The translations under genes were made by a program, and so were the position numbers. 64,000 nt of DNA from Candidatus Omnitrophota bacterium (GTDB taxonomy: Bacteria > Omnitrophota > Gorgyraeia > Tantalellales > Tantalellaceae). Shown piece after piece: positions 55,723-64,000 of this stretch. The stretch is taken from the NCBI GenBank assembly GCA_049642065.1, contig JBAROK010000074.1, positions 4,114 through 68,113 of the forward strand, given 5' to 3'. The notes under the pieces are model-generated. The model saw only the letters and a program-made list of their open reading frames with translations, ran no database searches and was not told the origin of the DNA. The first letter of the stretch is position 1. The number at the start of each line of letters is the position of its first letter.

Positions 55723-56988
55723 TTATTCTTTCACTCTCTCAATACTTGCTCCCACTGCGGAAAGTTTCTGTTCAATGTGTTCGTACCCTCTATCTAAATG
55801 ATACACCCTTGATATCTCAGTCTTTCCTTCAGCCACGAGCCCCGCCAGGACAAGCGCAGCTGACGCTCTCAGATCTGATGCCATAACCGGCGCACCGCTA
55901 AGAGCCTTCACTCCCTTAATGATCGCTGTCGAACCTTCAAGGATTATATTAGCACCCATCCTGTTCAGCTCGCTTATATGTATAAACCTTTCGGGATATA
56001 TCTTCTCCGTGATTACGCTTATACCGTCACTGACCGTAGTAAGGCTCATCATCTGGGCCTGTAGGTCCGTCGGAAACCCTGGGTATGTCAAAGTCGTTAT
56101 ATCGGTCGCATGTATCTTTCCGGCCGAACAATATACCTCTACCCCTCCATTACGCTCTTCAATCTGTCCGCCGCATTCAGTCAGTTTATCAATAAGCGCC
56201 AGGTTGTGTTCTACTCTTGCGTCTTCCAGGAAAAGCTTCCCACCCGTAAGGACCGCAGCTATCATATAAGTGCCTGCCTCTATCCTGTCGGGTATAACAG
56301 AGTATTTCACTCCTTTAAGTTCTTTTACGCCGCGCACTTTTATCGTGGGAGTGCCTTTGCCTTCTATATCCGCACCCATAGCCATAAGAAAATTCACAAG
56401 GTCTCCCAGTTCCGGTTCGCATGCCGCATCCTCAATAATCGTTTCGCCATCGGCAAGTACCGCTGCCATAAGCGTATTCGCCGTTGCCAGGACACTGGAT
56501 CCGAAATGACCTCCCAGGTATATCTTGGCACCTTTCAGTTTTTTCGCCTTGGCTACTATGTAACCACCTTCTATACGTATATCGGCACCAAGCGCCCTTA
56601 ACCCTTTAAGATGCAAGTCGATCGGTCTGGGACCTATAACACATCCACCGGGAAAAGAAACCTTTGCTTCTCCGTACCTGGCTAAAAGCGGGCCAAGAAC
56701 AGATATAGACGCGCGCATCGTGCTTACCAATTCGTACGTTGCGGTCACGTTCTTTACTTTACCGCCCCGAACGTTTACCGTGTTCTGTTGATAAACGACA
56801 TCGCGCCCCAACGCTTCCAGGATCTCTACCATCGTGGAAACGTCTTTAAGATCCGGAACGTTCGAGATGCTGCATTCGGCGTCCGTCAGGATAGTCGCTG
56901 CAAGGATAGGCAGGCAGGCGTTCTTAGCCCCGCTTATCCGTACCTTCCCTGAAAGAGATTTTCCGCCTTTTATGACCAGCTTATCCAT
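55723..56988 (-). CDS. murA: UDP-N-acetylglucosamine 1-carboxyvinyltransferase
   Basis: [24 protein letters not shown]...C..PGGCVIGPRPIDLH. Confidence 0.9.
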   Translation of the reverse strand: MDKLVIKGGKSLSGKVRISGAKNACLPILAATILTDAECSISNVPDLKDVSTMVEILEALGRDVVYQQNTVNVRGGKVKNVTATYELVSTMRASISVLGPLLARYGEAKVSFPGGCVIGPRPIDLHLKGLRALGADIRIEGGYIVAKAKKLKGAKIYLGGHFGSSVLATANTLMAAVLADGETIIEDAACEPELGDLVNFLMAMGADIEGKGTPTIKVRGVKELKGVKYSVIPDRIEAGTYMIAAVLTGGKLFLEDARVEHNLALIDKLTECGGQIEERNGGVEVYCSAGKIHATDITTLTYPGFPTDLQAQMMSLTTVSDGISVITEKIYPERFIHISELNRMGANIILEGSTAIIKGVKALSGAPVMASDLRASAALVLAGLVAEGKTEISRVYHLDRGYEHIEQKLSAVGASIERVKE

Positions 56989-57673
56989 TTTTCCATCCCA
57001 CGATAACGCGTTCGTACCCGTTAAAGTCTCTAAAACCAGTAACCTTTTTAAATCCGCGAGAAGCGAATTCGTATTTAACTTTCTCGGCCTGGTCGTACCC
57101 TACCTCGACTGCCACGAAACCATCTGGCTTTAAAAATTTTCCACTTCCAAAGATCAACCGCGAGAGATGATCCATACCTTTCTCTCCCGCATAAAGAGCA
57201 AGTTTCGGTTCCACCTTTACCCACGCATCGAGTTTAACATAATCTTTATCCGATACGTACGGTGGGTTCGATACGATACAATCAAAAGATCCTTCGTATT
57301 GCGGTCCAAAAGATCCAAACATATCAGAGATCACTAGTTCTATCCTGTCTTCTAGATCAAAACGGCTTATATTTTCGCGAGCCACGCTTATGGCATCCGG
57401 GCTGACATCCGATCCTATCACCCTGCAGTTATTCATCATCTTCGCCAGAGCCAGAGCAACAGCACCGCTACCAGTACAAAGATCCAGAATAAAAGGTTCA
57501 GCCGATAAATCCTTACGACAAAGATCAGCGGAGACTTCTACCAATAGTTCCGTCTCGGGGCGCGGTATAAGCACCCTTTCATCTACTAGTATATCCATAC
57601 CCAGAAAGCTGGCCTTGCCTTCTTGATACTGCACCGGTATTGTTTCGCTATATTCTTTCATCCTATTGCTCAA
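56981..57673 (-). CDS. prmC: Release factor glutamine methyltransferase (HemK/PrmC)
   Basis: [15 protein letters not shown] motif and NPPY. Immediately downstream of prfA. Confidence 0.8.
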   Translation of the reverse strand: MSNRMKEYSETIPVQYQEGKASFLGMDILVDERVLIPRPETELLVEVSADLCRKDLSAEPFILDLCTGSGAVALALAKMMNNCRVIGSDVSPDAISVARENISRFDLEDRIELVISDMFGSFGPQYEGSFDCIVSNPPYVSDKDYVKLDAWVKVEPKLALYAGEKGMDHLSRLIFGSGKFLKPDGFVAVEVGYDQAEKVKYEFASRGFKKVTGFRDFNGYERVIVGWKNG

Positions 57674-58749
57674 GCCGCTTCGAGTTTAAGTTTCCTGTCT
57701 TCTTCCGCCAGGGCGTTTATAATCCCTTCAATATCCCCTTCCAGTATGTTCGCCAGGTTATATACCGTAAGATTGATCCTATGATCTGTTACCCTGTTCT
57801 CTGGAAAATTATAGGTCCTTATCTTTTGCGAACGATCACCGCTGCCTACCTGTTTTTTCCGCTGCTCAGAAATCTCCTTGTTATGAGCTTCCTGTTTCTT
57901 CTCCAAGATACGCGCCTTGAGCACCCTCATAGCTTTTGCTTTGTTCTTGTGCTGACTTCTTTCGTCCTGGCAGCTTACGACTATACCGCTCGGAAGATGT
58001 GTTATACGCACCGCCGAATCAGTAGTATTTACGTGCTGACCACCCGCGCCAGTCGACCTGTAAACATCTATCTTAAGGTCTTGGACTTTGATATCCACTT
58101 CCACGTCTTCCGCTTCAGGAAGCACAGCCACTGTCGCGGCAGAAGTGTGAATACGTCCGCTTGCTTCCGTTTCCGGAACACGCTGCACCCTGTGTGTGCC
58201 CATCTCGAATCTGAGATACTTAAATACGTTATACCCTTCTACTGAGAACACTGCTTCTTTTATTCCGCCCATCTCCGATTCGCTCATGCTCATGAGCGAG
58301 GTTTTCCACCCTTTTTCGGCAATGTACTTGCTGTACATCTTGTAAAGATTCGCAGCGAACAGGCTGGCTTCTATACCACCGGTACCCGCTCTTATCTCCA
58401 TGATAACGTTACGTTTGTATTCGTCACTGTCTTCAGTAAGAAGCAGGTCCTCTAGGGTCTTCTTCTCTTCTTCGATCGCACCTTTGATTTCTTCAAGCTC
58501 TTTACCCGCGAGAATAGCATACTCGCTGTTTTCGCCTTCTTCTTCTATCATTTTATCAAGAGCTTCTTTTTCGTGTGCAAGAGCAACATACTTATCGTAT
58601 TCTGCAATTATTTCTTTCAGAGCAGCGTACTTCTTTGCCTTGATCTTATATTGGTCCCTGTCTGATAAAAGTTCCGGAGAAGAAAGCTCTTTCTCGAGTT
58701 TCTTGTACTCTTCTTTCTTTTTCTCCAATTGTTCGAACATTTTTTCCAT
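57670..58749 (-). CDS. prfA: Peptide chain release factor 1
   Basis: [16 protein letters not shown] (GGQ motif), with a PxT-type region. Confidence 0.9.
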   Translation of the reverse strand: MEKMFEQLEKKKEEYKKLEKELSSPELLSDRDQYKIKAKKYAALKEIIAEYDKYVALAHEKEALDKMIEEEGENSEYAILAGKELEEIKGAIEEEKKTLEDLLLTEDSDEYKRNVIMEIRAGTGGIEASLFAANLYKMYSKYIAEKGWKTSLMSMSESEMGGIKEAVFSVEGYNVFKYLRFEMGTHRVQRVPETEASGRIHTSAATVAVLPEAEDVEVDIKVQDLKIDVYRSTGAGGQHVNTTDSAVRITHLPSGIVVSCQDERSQHKNKAKAMRVLKARILEKKQEAHNKEISEQRKKQVGSGDRSQKIRTYNFPENRVTDHRINLTVYNLANILEGDIEGIINALAEEDRKLKLEAA

Positions 58750-58854
58750 AAGACTAACAACCTGTATTATTTATGAAGAAAGCGTATAGCTGCGAATTTG
58801 GTTCCGCGCTACACGCTATCCGGTTTTAACAACGATCCTTGATCAAGCGTTATC

Positions 58855-59127
58855 TTACGCTTCAGCTCCTTGTGCCTCATCGCCCTCAGGTTTCTGGGGC
58901 TGCTCTTCGGCGCGTTTAGACGCCTCTTTCTTCTCAGCATACCGCTTCTGAAAACGTTCTACCCTACCCGCCGAGTCGACCAGTTTCTGCTTACCAGTAT
59001 AAAACGGGTGACATTTAGAACATATCTCGACATGTATACTTTCCTTGGTCGAACGCGTATGCACAGTATTACCACAAGCGCACACTATAGTTGCTTCCTT
59101 ATACTCTGGGTGTATACCTTTCTTCAC
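58855..59127 (-). CDS. rpmE: 50S ribosomal protein L31
   Basis: [20 protein letters not shown]...[10 protein letters not shown]. Apparent GTG start preceded by AAGGGGG. Confidence 0.8.
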   Translation of the reverse strand: MKKGIHPEYKEATIVCACGNTVHTRSTKESIHVEICSKCHPFYTGKQKLVDSAGRVERFQKRYAEKKEASKRAEEQPQKPEGDEAQGAEA

Positions 59128-59315
59128 TTCTAACCCCCTTTATAAATATATTATTTTATTACGGTTACAACAAGAATGAATATTTTACTAAAATTTTCAT
59201 AAATATCAAGCATTAATTAATAATAATCGGTCAGTATATATAACTGATTTAGCGATAGGGAGTTACCGACCCCTCGAATAAAGGCCTCCTGTCCATCCGA
59301 CCTTTGAGCTAGTAA

Positions 59316-60653
59316 TTATGCTTTGCCCATGTTCTGGAGGAAATCTTCGTTAGTTTTGGACTTCTTCAAGCGGTCTATCAATAACTGCATCGCCTCTACT
59401 GTACCCAAGTCACTGAGAGCTTTACGCATCAGCCACACTTTTTTCAGTTCGTCTTCCTCTACCAACAGTTCCTCTTTACGGGTATTGGATCTCTTTATGT
59501 CGATAGCAGGATATATCCTGCGCTGGAAGAGCCCTCTATCCAACTGTATTTCCATGTTACCCGTTCCCTTGAACTCTTCGAATATGACCTCGTCCATCCG
59601 GCTGCCAGTATCTACAAGAGCTGTAGCAATGATCGTAAGGCTGCCGCCTTCTTCCACGTTCCGTGCGGCACCAAAGAACCGTTTGGGTTTGTGCAGAGCG
59701 TTAGCATCAACACCACCGGAAAGTATCTTCCCCGAATGGGGTACGCAAGTATTATAAGCACGCGCCAGCCTGGTAATCGAATCAAGCAGGATAACAACAT
59801 CGTATTTATGCTCGACAAGGCGTTTGGCTTTCTCCAAAAGCATCTCAGCCACCTGGATATGCCTCTGCGCCTGTTCATCGAACGTCGATGCTACGACTTC
59901 CGCGCTGACCGACCGCTGCATATCCGTGACCTCTTCAGGCCTTTCATCAACAAGCAAGATCAAGAGTTTAACTTCAGGATAATTAGCGGTTATACTATTC
60001 GCGAATTTCTGCAGAAAAACCGTCTTACCGCTATACGGCGGAGCTACGATAAGACCTCTCTGCCCTTTTCCTACGGGCGTCAAAAGATCCATTATCCTCA
60101 TAGATATCTCTTTCGGTTCCGTTTCCAGAACGAAACGTTCATCGGGATATAACGGTGTCAGGTTCGAGAAAAGTATCTTGTTTTTCGTAACCTCAGGATT
60201 CTCGTAATTGACCGCTTCCACTTTCAAGAGAGCGAAATATCTTTCACCCTCTTTAGGTGGTCTTATCTGGCCGCTTACCGTATCCCCTGTCTTGAGGTTA
60301 AACCTCCGGATCTGCGACGGCGAAACATATATATCATCGGGACACGGAAGATAATTATAGTCCGGGCTTCTCAGAAAACCGAACCCGTCCTCAAGAACCT
60401 CAAGCACGCCTTCACCGAAAGCGTACCCGTTCTTCTCAACTTTCGCCTGAAGCACTTTAAATATCAGATCGTGTTTCTTCATCCCGCTGATACCGTTGAT
60501 GTTAAGCTGTTTCGCCAGCTCAGCCAACTCAGCTATCTTCATGTTCTTAAGCTGCACTATATCCAGCTCTTTTTCACTGCGTTTGCGCCTAGGCGCGCTC
60601 TCCCTTTTTCCGTGAGGTTCTTTCCCTCCGTCTTTTTTCAGATTTCTTGCCAT
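59316..60653 (-). CDS. rho: Transcription termination factor Rho
   Basis: N-terminal Lys/Arg-rich insertion and cold-shock-like RNA-binding domain. P-loop GKT. RecA-like core (APPYSGKT). Confidence 0.9.
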   Translation of the reverse strand: MARNLKKDGGKEPHGKRESAPRRKRSEKELDIVQLKNMKIAELAELAKQLNINGISGMKKHDLIFKVLQAKVEKNGYAFGEGVLEVLEDGFGFLRSPDYNYLPCPDDIYVSPSQIRRFNLKTGDTVSGQIRPPKEGERYFALLKVEAVNYENPEVTKNKILFSNLTPLYPDERFVLETEPKEISMRIMDLLTPVGKGQRGLIVAPPYSGKTVFLQKFANSITANYPEVKLLILLVDERPEEVTDMQRSVSAEVVASTFDEQAQRHIQVAEMLLEKAKRLVEHKYDVVILLDSITRLARAYNTCVPHSGKILSGGVDANALHKPKRFFGAARNVEEGGSLTIIATALVDTGSRMDEVIFEEFKGTGNMEIQLDRGLFQRRIYPAIDIKRSNTRKEELLVEEDELKKVWLMRKALSDLGTVEAMQLLIDRLKKSKTNEDFLQNMGKA

Positions 60654-61216
60654 ATCTTGTTTACTCCTTCTTTTATGTCGTTAAGTTTTGCGTTGTTATC
60701 TATGATATAATCGGCGAATTTTATTTTCTCAGAAAGTGCCATCTGACAATCCATGATCCTTTCGGCATCTTCCTCCGATATTCCCCGATCTGTAGCTCTT
60801 TTTATTTGCGTATCCCGACCTGCCGTCACTACGACCACAACGTCCACGAATTCGTCCAGTCCCGCTTCGATAAGTAGCGGCGCGTCTATTATGACCACAT
60901 CCTTCTTAGCCTGTTCGACAAGTTCTTTTATACGAAAAATGATCGTCGGATGCATTATCTGGCATAACGTGTTCAGCTTGTTGCGGTCTTCGAACACCAC
61001 ACGAGCCAGTTTTTTCCGGTCGATCTTGCCTTCGGCCAGGATCTCCTTGCCGAAGATATTCACTATCTTGAACTGAATATCTTCGTCTGCCTCAAGCAAC
61101 TCGTGCGCTATTTTATCCGCATCTACTTTATCCGCACCTTTAGCTGCCAGCATCTCAGCTACCGTCGTCTTCCCCGTGGCCAAACCTCCTGTCACCCCAA
61201 TTATTTTTTTTCCCAT
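60638..61216 (-). CDS. coaE: Dephospho-CoA kinase
   Basis: [16 protein letters not shown]-loop. Confidence 0.85.
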   Translation of the reverse strand: MGKKIIGVTGGLATGKTTVAEMLAAKGADKVDADKIAHELLEADEDIQFKIVNIFGKEILAEGKIDRKKLARVVFEDRNKLNTLCQIMHPTIIFRIKELVEQAKKDVVIIDAPLLIEAGLDEFVDVVVVVTAGRDTQIKRATDRGISEEDAERIMDCQMALSEKIKFADYIIDNNAKLNDIKEGVNKIWQEI

Positions 61217-63861
61217 TACAAACCTATCTCCTCCATATCAAGCCAATTAGAACCGCTTTCAATGTCCACTACTAGAGGAACCTTAAGTTCAAAAACACCT
61301 TCCATCAGTTTCTTAACCTTCTTTGCCGCAGAGTCAACTTCGCTTTTAGGTACTTCAAAAACCAGCTCATCATGCACCTGTATGAGCATTTTCACTTCAC
61401 TGCCTTCGAAAGCTTCATGACACTCTATCATAGCTAGTTTTATTAGGTCTGCCGCTGACCCCTGCACCGGAGTATTAACTGCAGCTCTCTCGGCAAATCC
61501 CCTGATCCTCTCGTTATCACTTTTTATCTCGGGAATATACCGCCTGCGGTTAAGCAGTGTTGTAACAAACCCTTTTTCCCTGGCGTCAGCTATTGTATTA
61601 TCTATAAAAGTTTTCACGCCGCTATACCGGCTAAAATAAGAATCAATAAACCTTTGGGCTTCATCTATCCTTATCCCAAGATCTTTTGCCAACCCGAACG
61701 GGCTCATCCCATAAACAATACCGAAATTTACAGTTTTTGCCACAGCCCGCATCTTACCAGTAATTTCGCCCATCTTACAATCAAATATGAGTGAGGCGGT
61801 ATACTTATGGACATCCTCTTTTTTCTTGAACGCTTCTATGAGTTTCTTGTCTTTAGATAGATGCGCAAGTATCCTCAACTCTACCTGCGAATAATCCACC
61901 GCCAAAAGAACTTTACCTTTTTCTGCCGGGAGAAACGCCCGTCGTATTTCTTTACCTAAAGGTGTCTTGATAGGAATGTTCTGCAAATTCGGTTCGCTGG
62001 ACGATAACCTGCCTGTAGCTGTAACCGCCTGATTGAAATGAGCGTGAAGCCTGTGCGTTTTTTTATCAGCTAGATCCGGGATAGAATCGTAATACGCTGT
62101 TTTTAGTTTGTTCAGCTCCCGGTACTCCAAAAGTTCCGCCGGCAATTCATGAAACTTGGATAGCTTACGCAAAACCGTTTCATCGGTAGAAGCTCCTGTT
62201 TTTGTTCTCTTGGTAATAGGTAGCTCCAATTTTTCATACAAGATAACCTGAAGCTGCTTCGGAGAATTAATATTGAACTCTTCACCTGCGAGTTTGTATA
62301 TCCTGCCGGATACTCCTTCAAGTTTTTCTTCTAGAGCCTTAGACTGTTTTTTTAGGTACTTGACGTCTATCCCTACCCCTTCTGTTTCCATGTCCGCAAG
62401 TACCTTAACAAGAGGCATCTCCACTTTCTTAAAAAGATCGTCTAGTTTTTTCTTTTTTAAAATCGGTTCAAGAACTTTATATAAGCGCAGTATAATGTCG
62501 CTTCTCTCGCAGCCAGCCCTGTATTCAACAGCACCTGTAAGATCCATGGTCGCCTGGCCCGTATTATCCCAGCCCGCACCTTCCTCCGAAAGGTCGTACC
62601 CCAAGTGACGCGAGGCTATCCCGGCAAGATCGTACTTGGCCCGTGAAGGCTCGTTCAGGTACTCAGCAAGCATAACATCAAAGGTTATGCCGCCAAGCTC
62701 TACCCCACATTTTCGCAGATCAAGAACGTCCCTTTTCAGGTCATATCCGATTTTTTCTATTTTTCCATCTTCAAGAAAATTTTTCAGTACGGACCATGCT
62801 TTGTTCTTTTTGCTTGCCCAAGGGATAAAAAAAGCTTCACCTTCTCTTGAAGATACCACTACCCCCGCTAAACCCCCTTCTTCCGATTCTCGCACCAAGT
62901 TGATAGATACCTTATCCTCCCGGGAAAGACGACTAAGCAATTTCTTTATTTCTTTTTCGTCCTCTACAAGCAGATACTCACCTTCAACAAGCTCTTTGGG
63001 CTTAATCTCCTTAAGAAGTTTTTCGAACTCGAATTCGCTGAAAAGTTCCACAAGACGTTCTATGTTCGGTTCACCCATATTTGTCTTGTTGAGCTCGAAC
63101 TTGACCGGGACTTTCCTGTCCAGTTCGACGAGTTCCCGGCTAAGCTCTGCATCTTCCTTGCCTTCTTCGAGCTTTTTCTTAATGGATTTTGACGAAATAT
63201 TGTCTATATTCTTATAAATATCTTTGACCGTCCCGTACTCGTTGATGAGTTTACTCGCAGTGACCTGACCAACACCTCTTACCCCGGGTATATTATCGCT
63301 TGAGTCCCCCATAAGAGCCATCAGCTCCACCATCGATCCGGGACCGACACCGAACTTCTCCTTAACCTCGTCATCACCATATACCTTGTCACCTGATGTG
63401 TGAGGACTCAGTACCTTTACCTGCGTATCCACCAGCTGAAACGCATCCTTATCGTTGGTCACTATGGTTACGTTGATCCCTTTTTTCTTCGCCTTCTCGG
63501 CCAGTGTAGCTATTATGTCGTCCGCCTCGTACCCCTGCAGCTGACAGATCGGAACATTATACGCCTCTACAAGCTCTTTAATCTTAGGTATTTGATCGAC
63601 TAGTTCATCCGGGGTAGGTTTCCTGTGGATCTTATATTCCTCGTATTTTTCGTGCCGAACAGTCGGACCCGCCATATCGAACACTACGGCCATCATATCA
63701 GGTTCGTATTCTCTGATAAGCTTCTTCAACATATTCACGAACCCATAAATAGCATTCGTGGGCATACCCTTGGAGGTGCTCAGCTCCTGTATAGCGTAAA
63801 ACGCTCTGTAACAAAGCGAGGTTCCGTCTATCAGGTAAATATTTTTGCTTTTTTTGTTCAT
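61216..63861 (-). CDS. polA: DNA polymerase I
   Basis: 5'-nuclease, 3'-5' exo-like and polymerase domains (RRAAKTVNFGIVYG, VHDELVFE). Confidence 0.9.
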   Translation of the reverse strand: MNKKSKNIYLIDGTSLCYRAFYAIQELSTSKGMPTNAIYGFVNMLKKLIREYEPDMMAVVFDMAGPTVRHEKYEEYKIHRKPTPDELVDQIPKIKELVEAYNVPICQLQGYEADDIIATLAEKAKKKGINVTIVTNDKDAFQLVDTQVKVLSPHTSGDKVYGDDEVKEKFGVGPGSMVELMALMGDSSDNIPGVRGVGQVTASKLINEYGTVKDIYKNIDNISSKSIKKKLEEGKEDAELSRELVELDRKVPVKFELNKTNMGEPNIERLVELFSEFEFEKLLKEIKPKELVEGEYLLVEDEKEIKKLLSRLSREDKVSINLVRESEEGGLAGVVVSSREGEAFFIPWASKKNKAWSVLKNFLEDGKIEKIGYDLKRDVLDLRKCGVELGGITFDVMLAEYLNEPSRAKYDLAGIASRHLGYDLSEEGAGWDNTGQATMDLTGAVEYRAGCERSDIILRLYKVLEPILKKKKLDDLFKKVEMPLVKVLADMETEGVGIDVKYLKKQSKALEEKLEGVSGRIYKLAGEEFNINSPKQLQVILYEKLELPITKRTKTGASTDETVLRKLSKFHELPAELLEYRELNKLKTAYYDSIPDLADKKTHRLHAHFNQAVTATGRLSSSEPNLQNIPIKTPLGKEIRRAFLPAEKGKVLLAVDYSQVELRILAHLSKDKKLIEAFKKKEDVHKYTASLIFDCKMGEITGKMRAVAKTVNFGIVYGMSPFGLAKDLGIRIDEAQRFIDSYFSRYSGVKTFIDNTIADAREKGFVTTLLNRRRYIPEIKSDNERIRGFAERAAVNTPVQGSAADLIKLAMIECHEAFEGSEVKMLIQVHDELVFEVPKSEVDSAAKKVKKLMEGVFELKVPLVVDIESGSNWLDMEEIGL

Positions 63862-64000
63862 ACTAAATGGATAAATATAGGTCGGGAAATCTCATAATGT
63901 TTTTAAAGGATGGCATTGAACGAGTTTACAGTATATTTATTTAGTTAAGTTTTGGATGAATAACTGGAATCCCCTCTGGCGAGTCTTTCCTTGTAGTCAT

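Noticed and set aside
59128-59315. Imperfect palindromes (TCGAGGG...CCCTATCGA, AATCGGTCAGT...ACTGATT) in the rho-rpmE intergenic region
   Set aside because: Stems are short and interrupted, and they are not followed by T-tracts on the transcribed minus strand. They are likely weak or rho-dependent termination context rather than a discrete element.
1-64000. CRISPR arrays, rRNA genes, IS elements and prophage genes
   Set aside because: I scanned for direct repeats with regular spacers, rRNA-like conserved blocks, and transposase or integrase motifs (DDE, Tyr-recombinase RHRY). None was seen in this window.

Overview
This 64-kb window is a bacterial chromosomal segment coded almost entirely on the minus strand; I call only one plus-strand gene (a STAS-like protein at 16528-16890). 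Translation appears to use the standard bacterial code. A guess of an uncultivated-lineage bacterium with giant genes is speculation only.

The stand-out is the left 11.8 kb (1..11791, minus strand). I translated it codon by codon and found no in-frame stop. The ORF track agrees, listing no closed minus-strand ORF of 60 aa or more there. The frame is at least 3,930 codons and runs off the window at position 1. It encodes a giant protein with an N-terminal Sec signal peptide and many enzyme-like modules:
- two class-I SAM methyltransferase domains
- a GNAT-like acetyltransferase motif
- an atypical Ser/Thr protein-kinase-like domain
- a duplicated uncharacterised module of about 110 aa flanking the GNAT and kinase region
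- two internal transmembrane-helix clusters and a twin-arginine-like motif
- a ChaN/Tiki-like domain
- a degenerate ParB/Srx-like segment
- an HExxH zincin motif
- a CDA/TadA-type nucleotide deaminase domain (HAE...PCxxC) at the C-terminal end, cut by the window edge

A near-consensus sigma70-like promoter (TTGACC, 17-bp spacer, TATAAT) sits upstream of it, next to tRNA-Gly(TCC).

The rest of the window is conventional. It holds tRNA-Tyr, tRNA-Thr and tRNA-Met(CAT), each followed by a palindromic intrinsic terminator. There is a block of exported and membrane hypotheticals (DUF1211 channel, FMN-binding protein, DUF45 hydrolase, PAS sensor, ATP-grasp, TPR). A two-component cluster includes two multi-PAS histidine kinases and two orphan receivers. 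An inositol-phospholipid operon comprises archaeal-type myo-inositol-1-phosphate synthase, a CDP-alcohol phosphatidyltransferase, a DUF46 CarS-like CTP-transferase, two PlsC-like acyltransferases and GtrA. Next come nnrD-acpS-pdxJ, c-di-AMP genes cdaR-cdaA, folP-ftsH-tilS, queH, rnz, an SDR epimerase, SemiSWEET, an M50 protease, HD-GYP, hflKC, mnmA, apbE, a DRTGG protein and panB. A C1-tetrahydrofolate cluster follows (metF-like, folD, cyclodeaminase-like, fhs). The window ends with a housekeeping block rnhB-rplS-trmD-rpsP-murA-prmC-prfA-rpmE-rho-coaE-polA.
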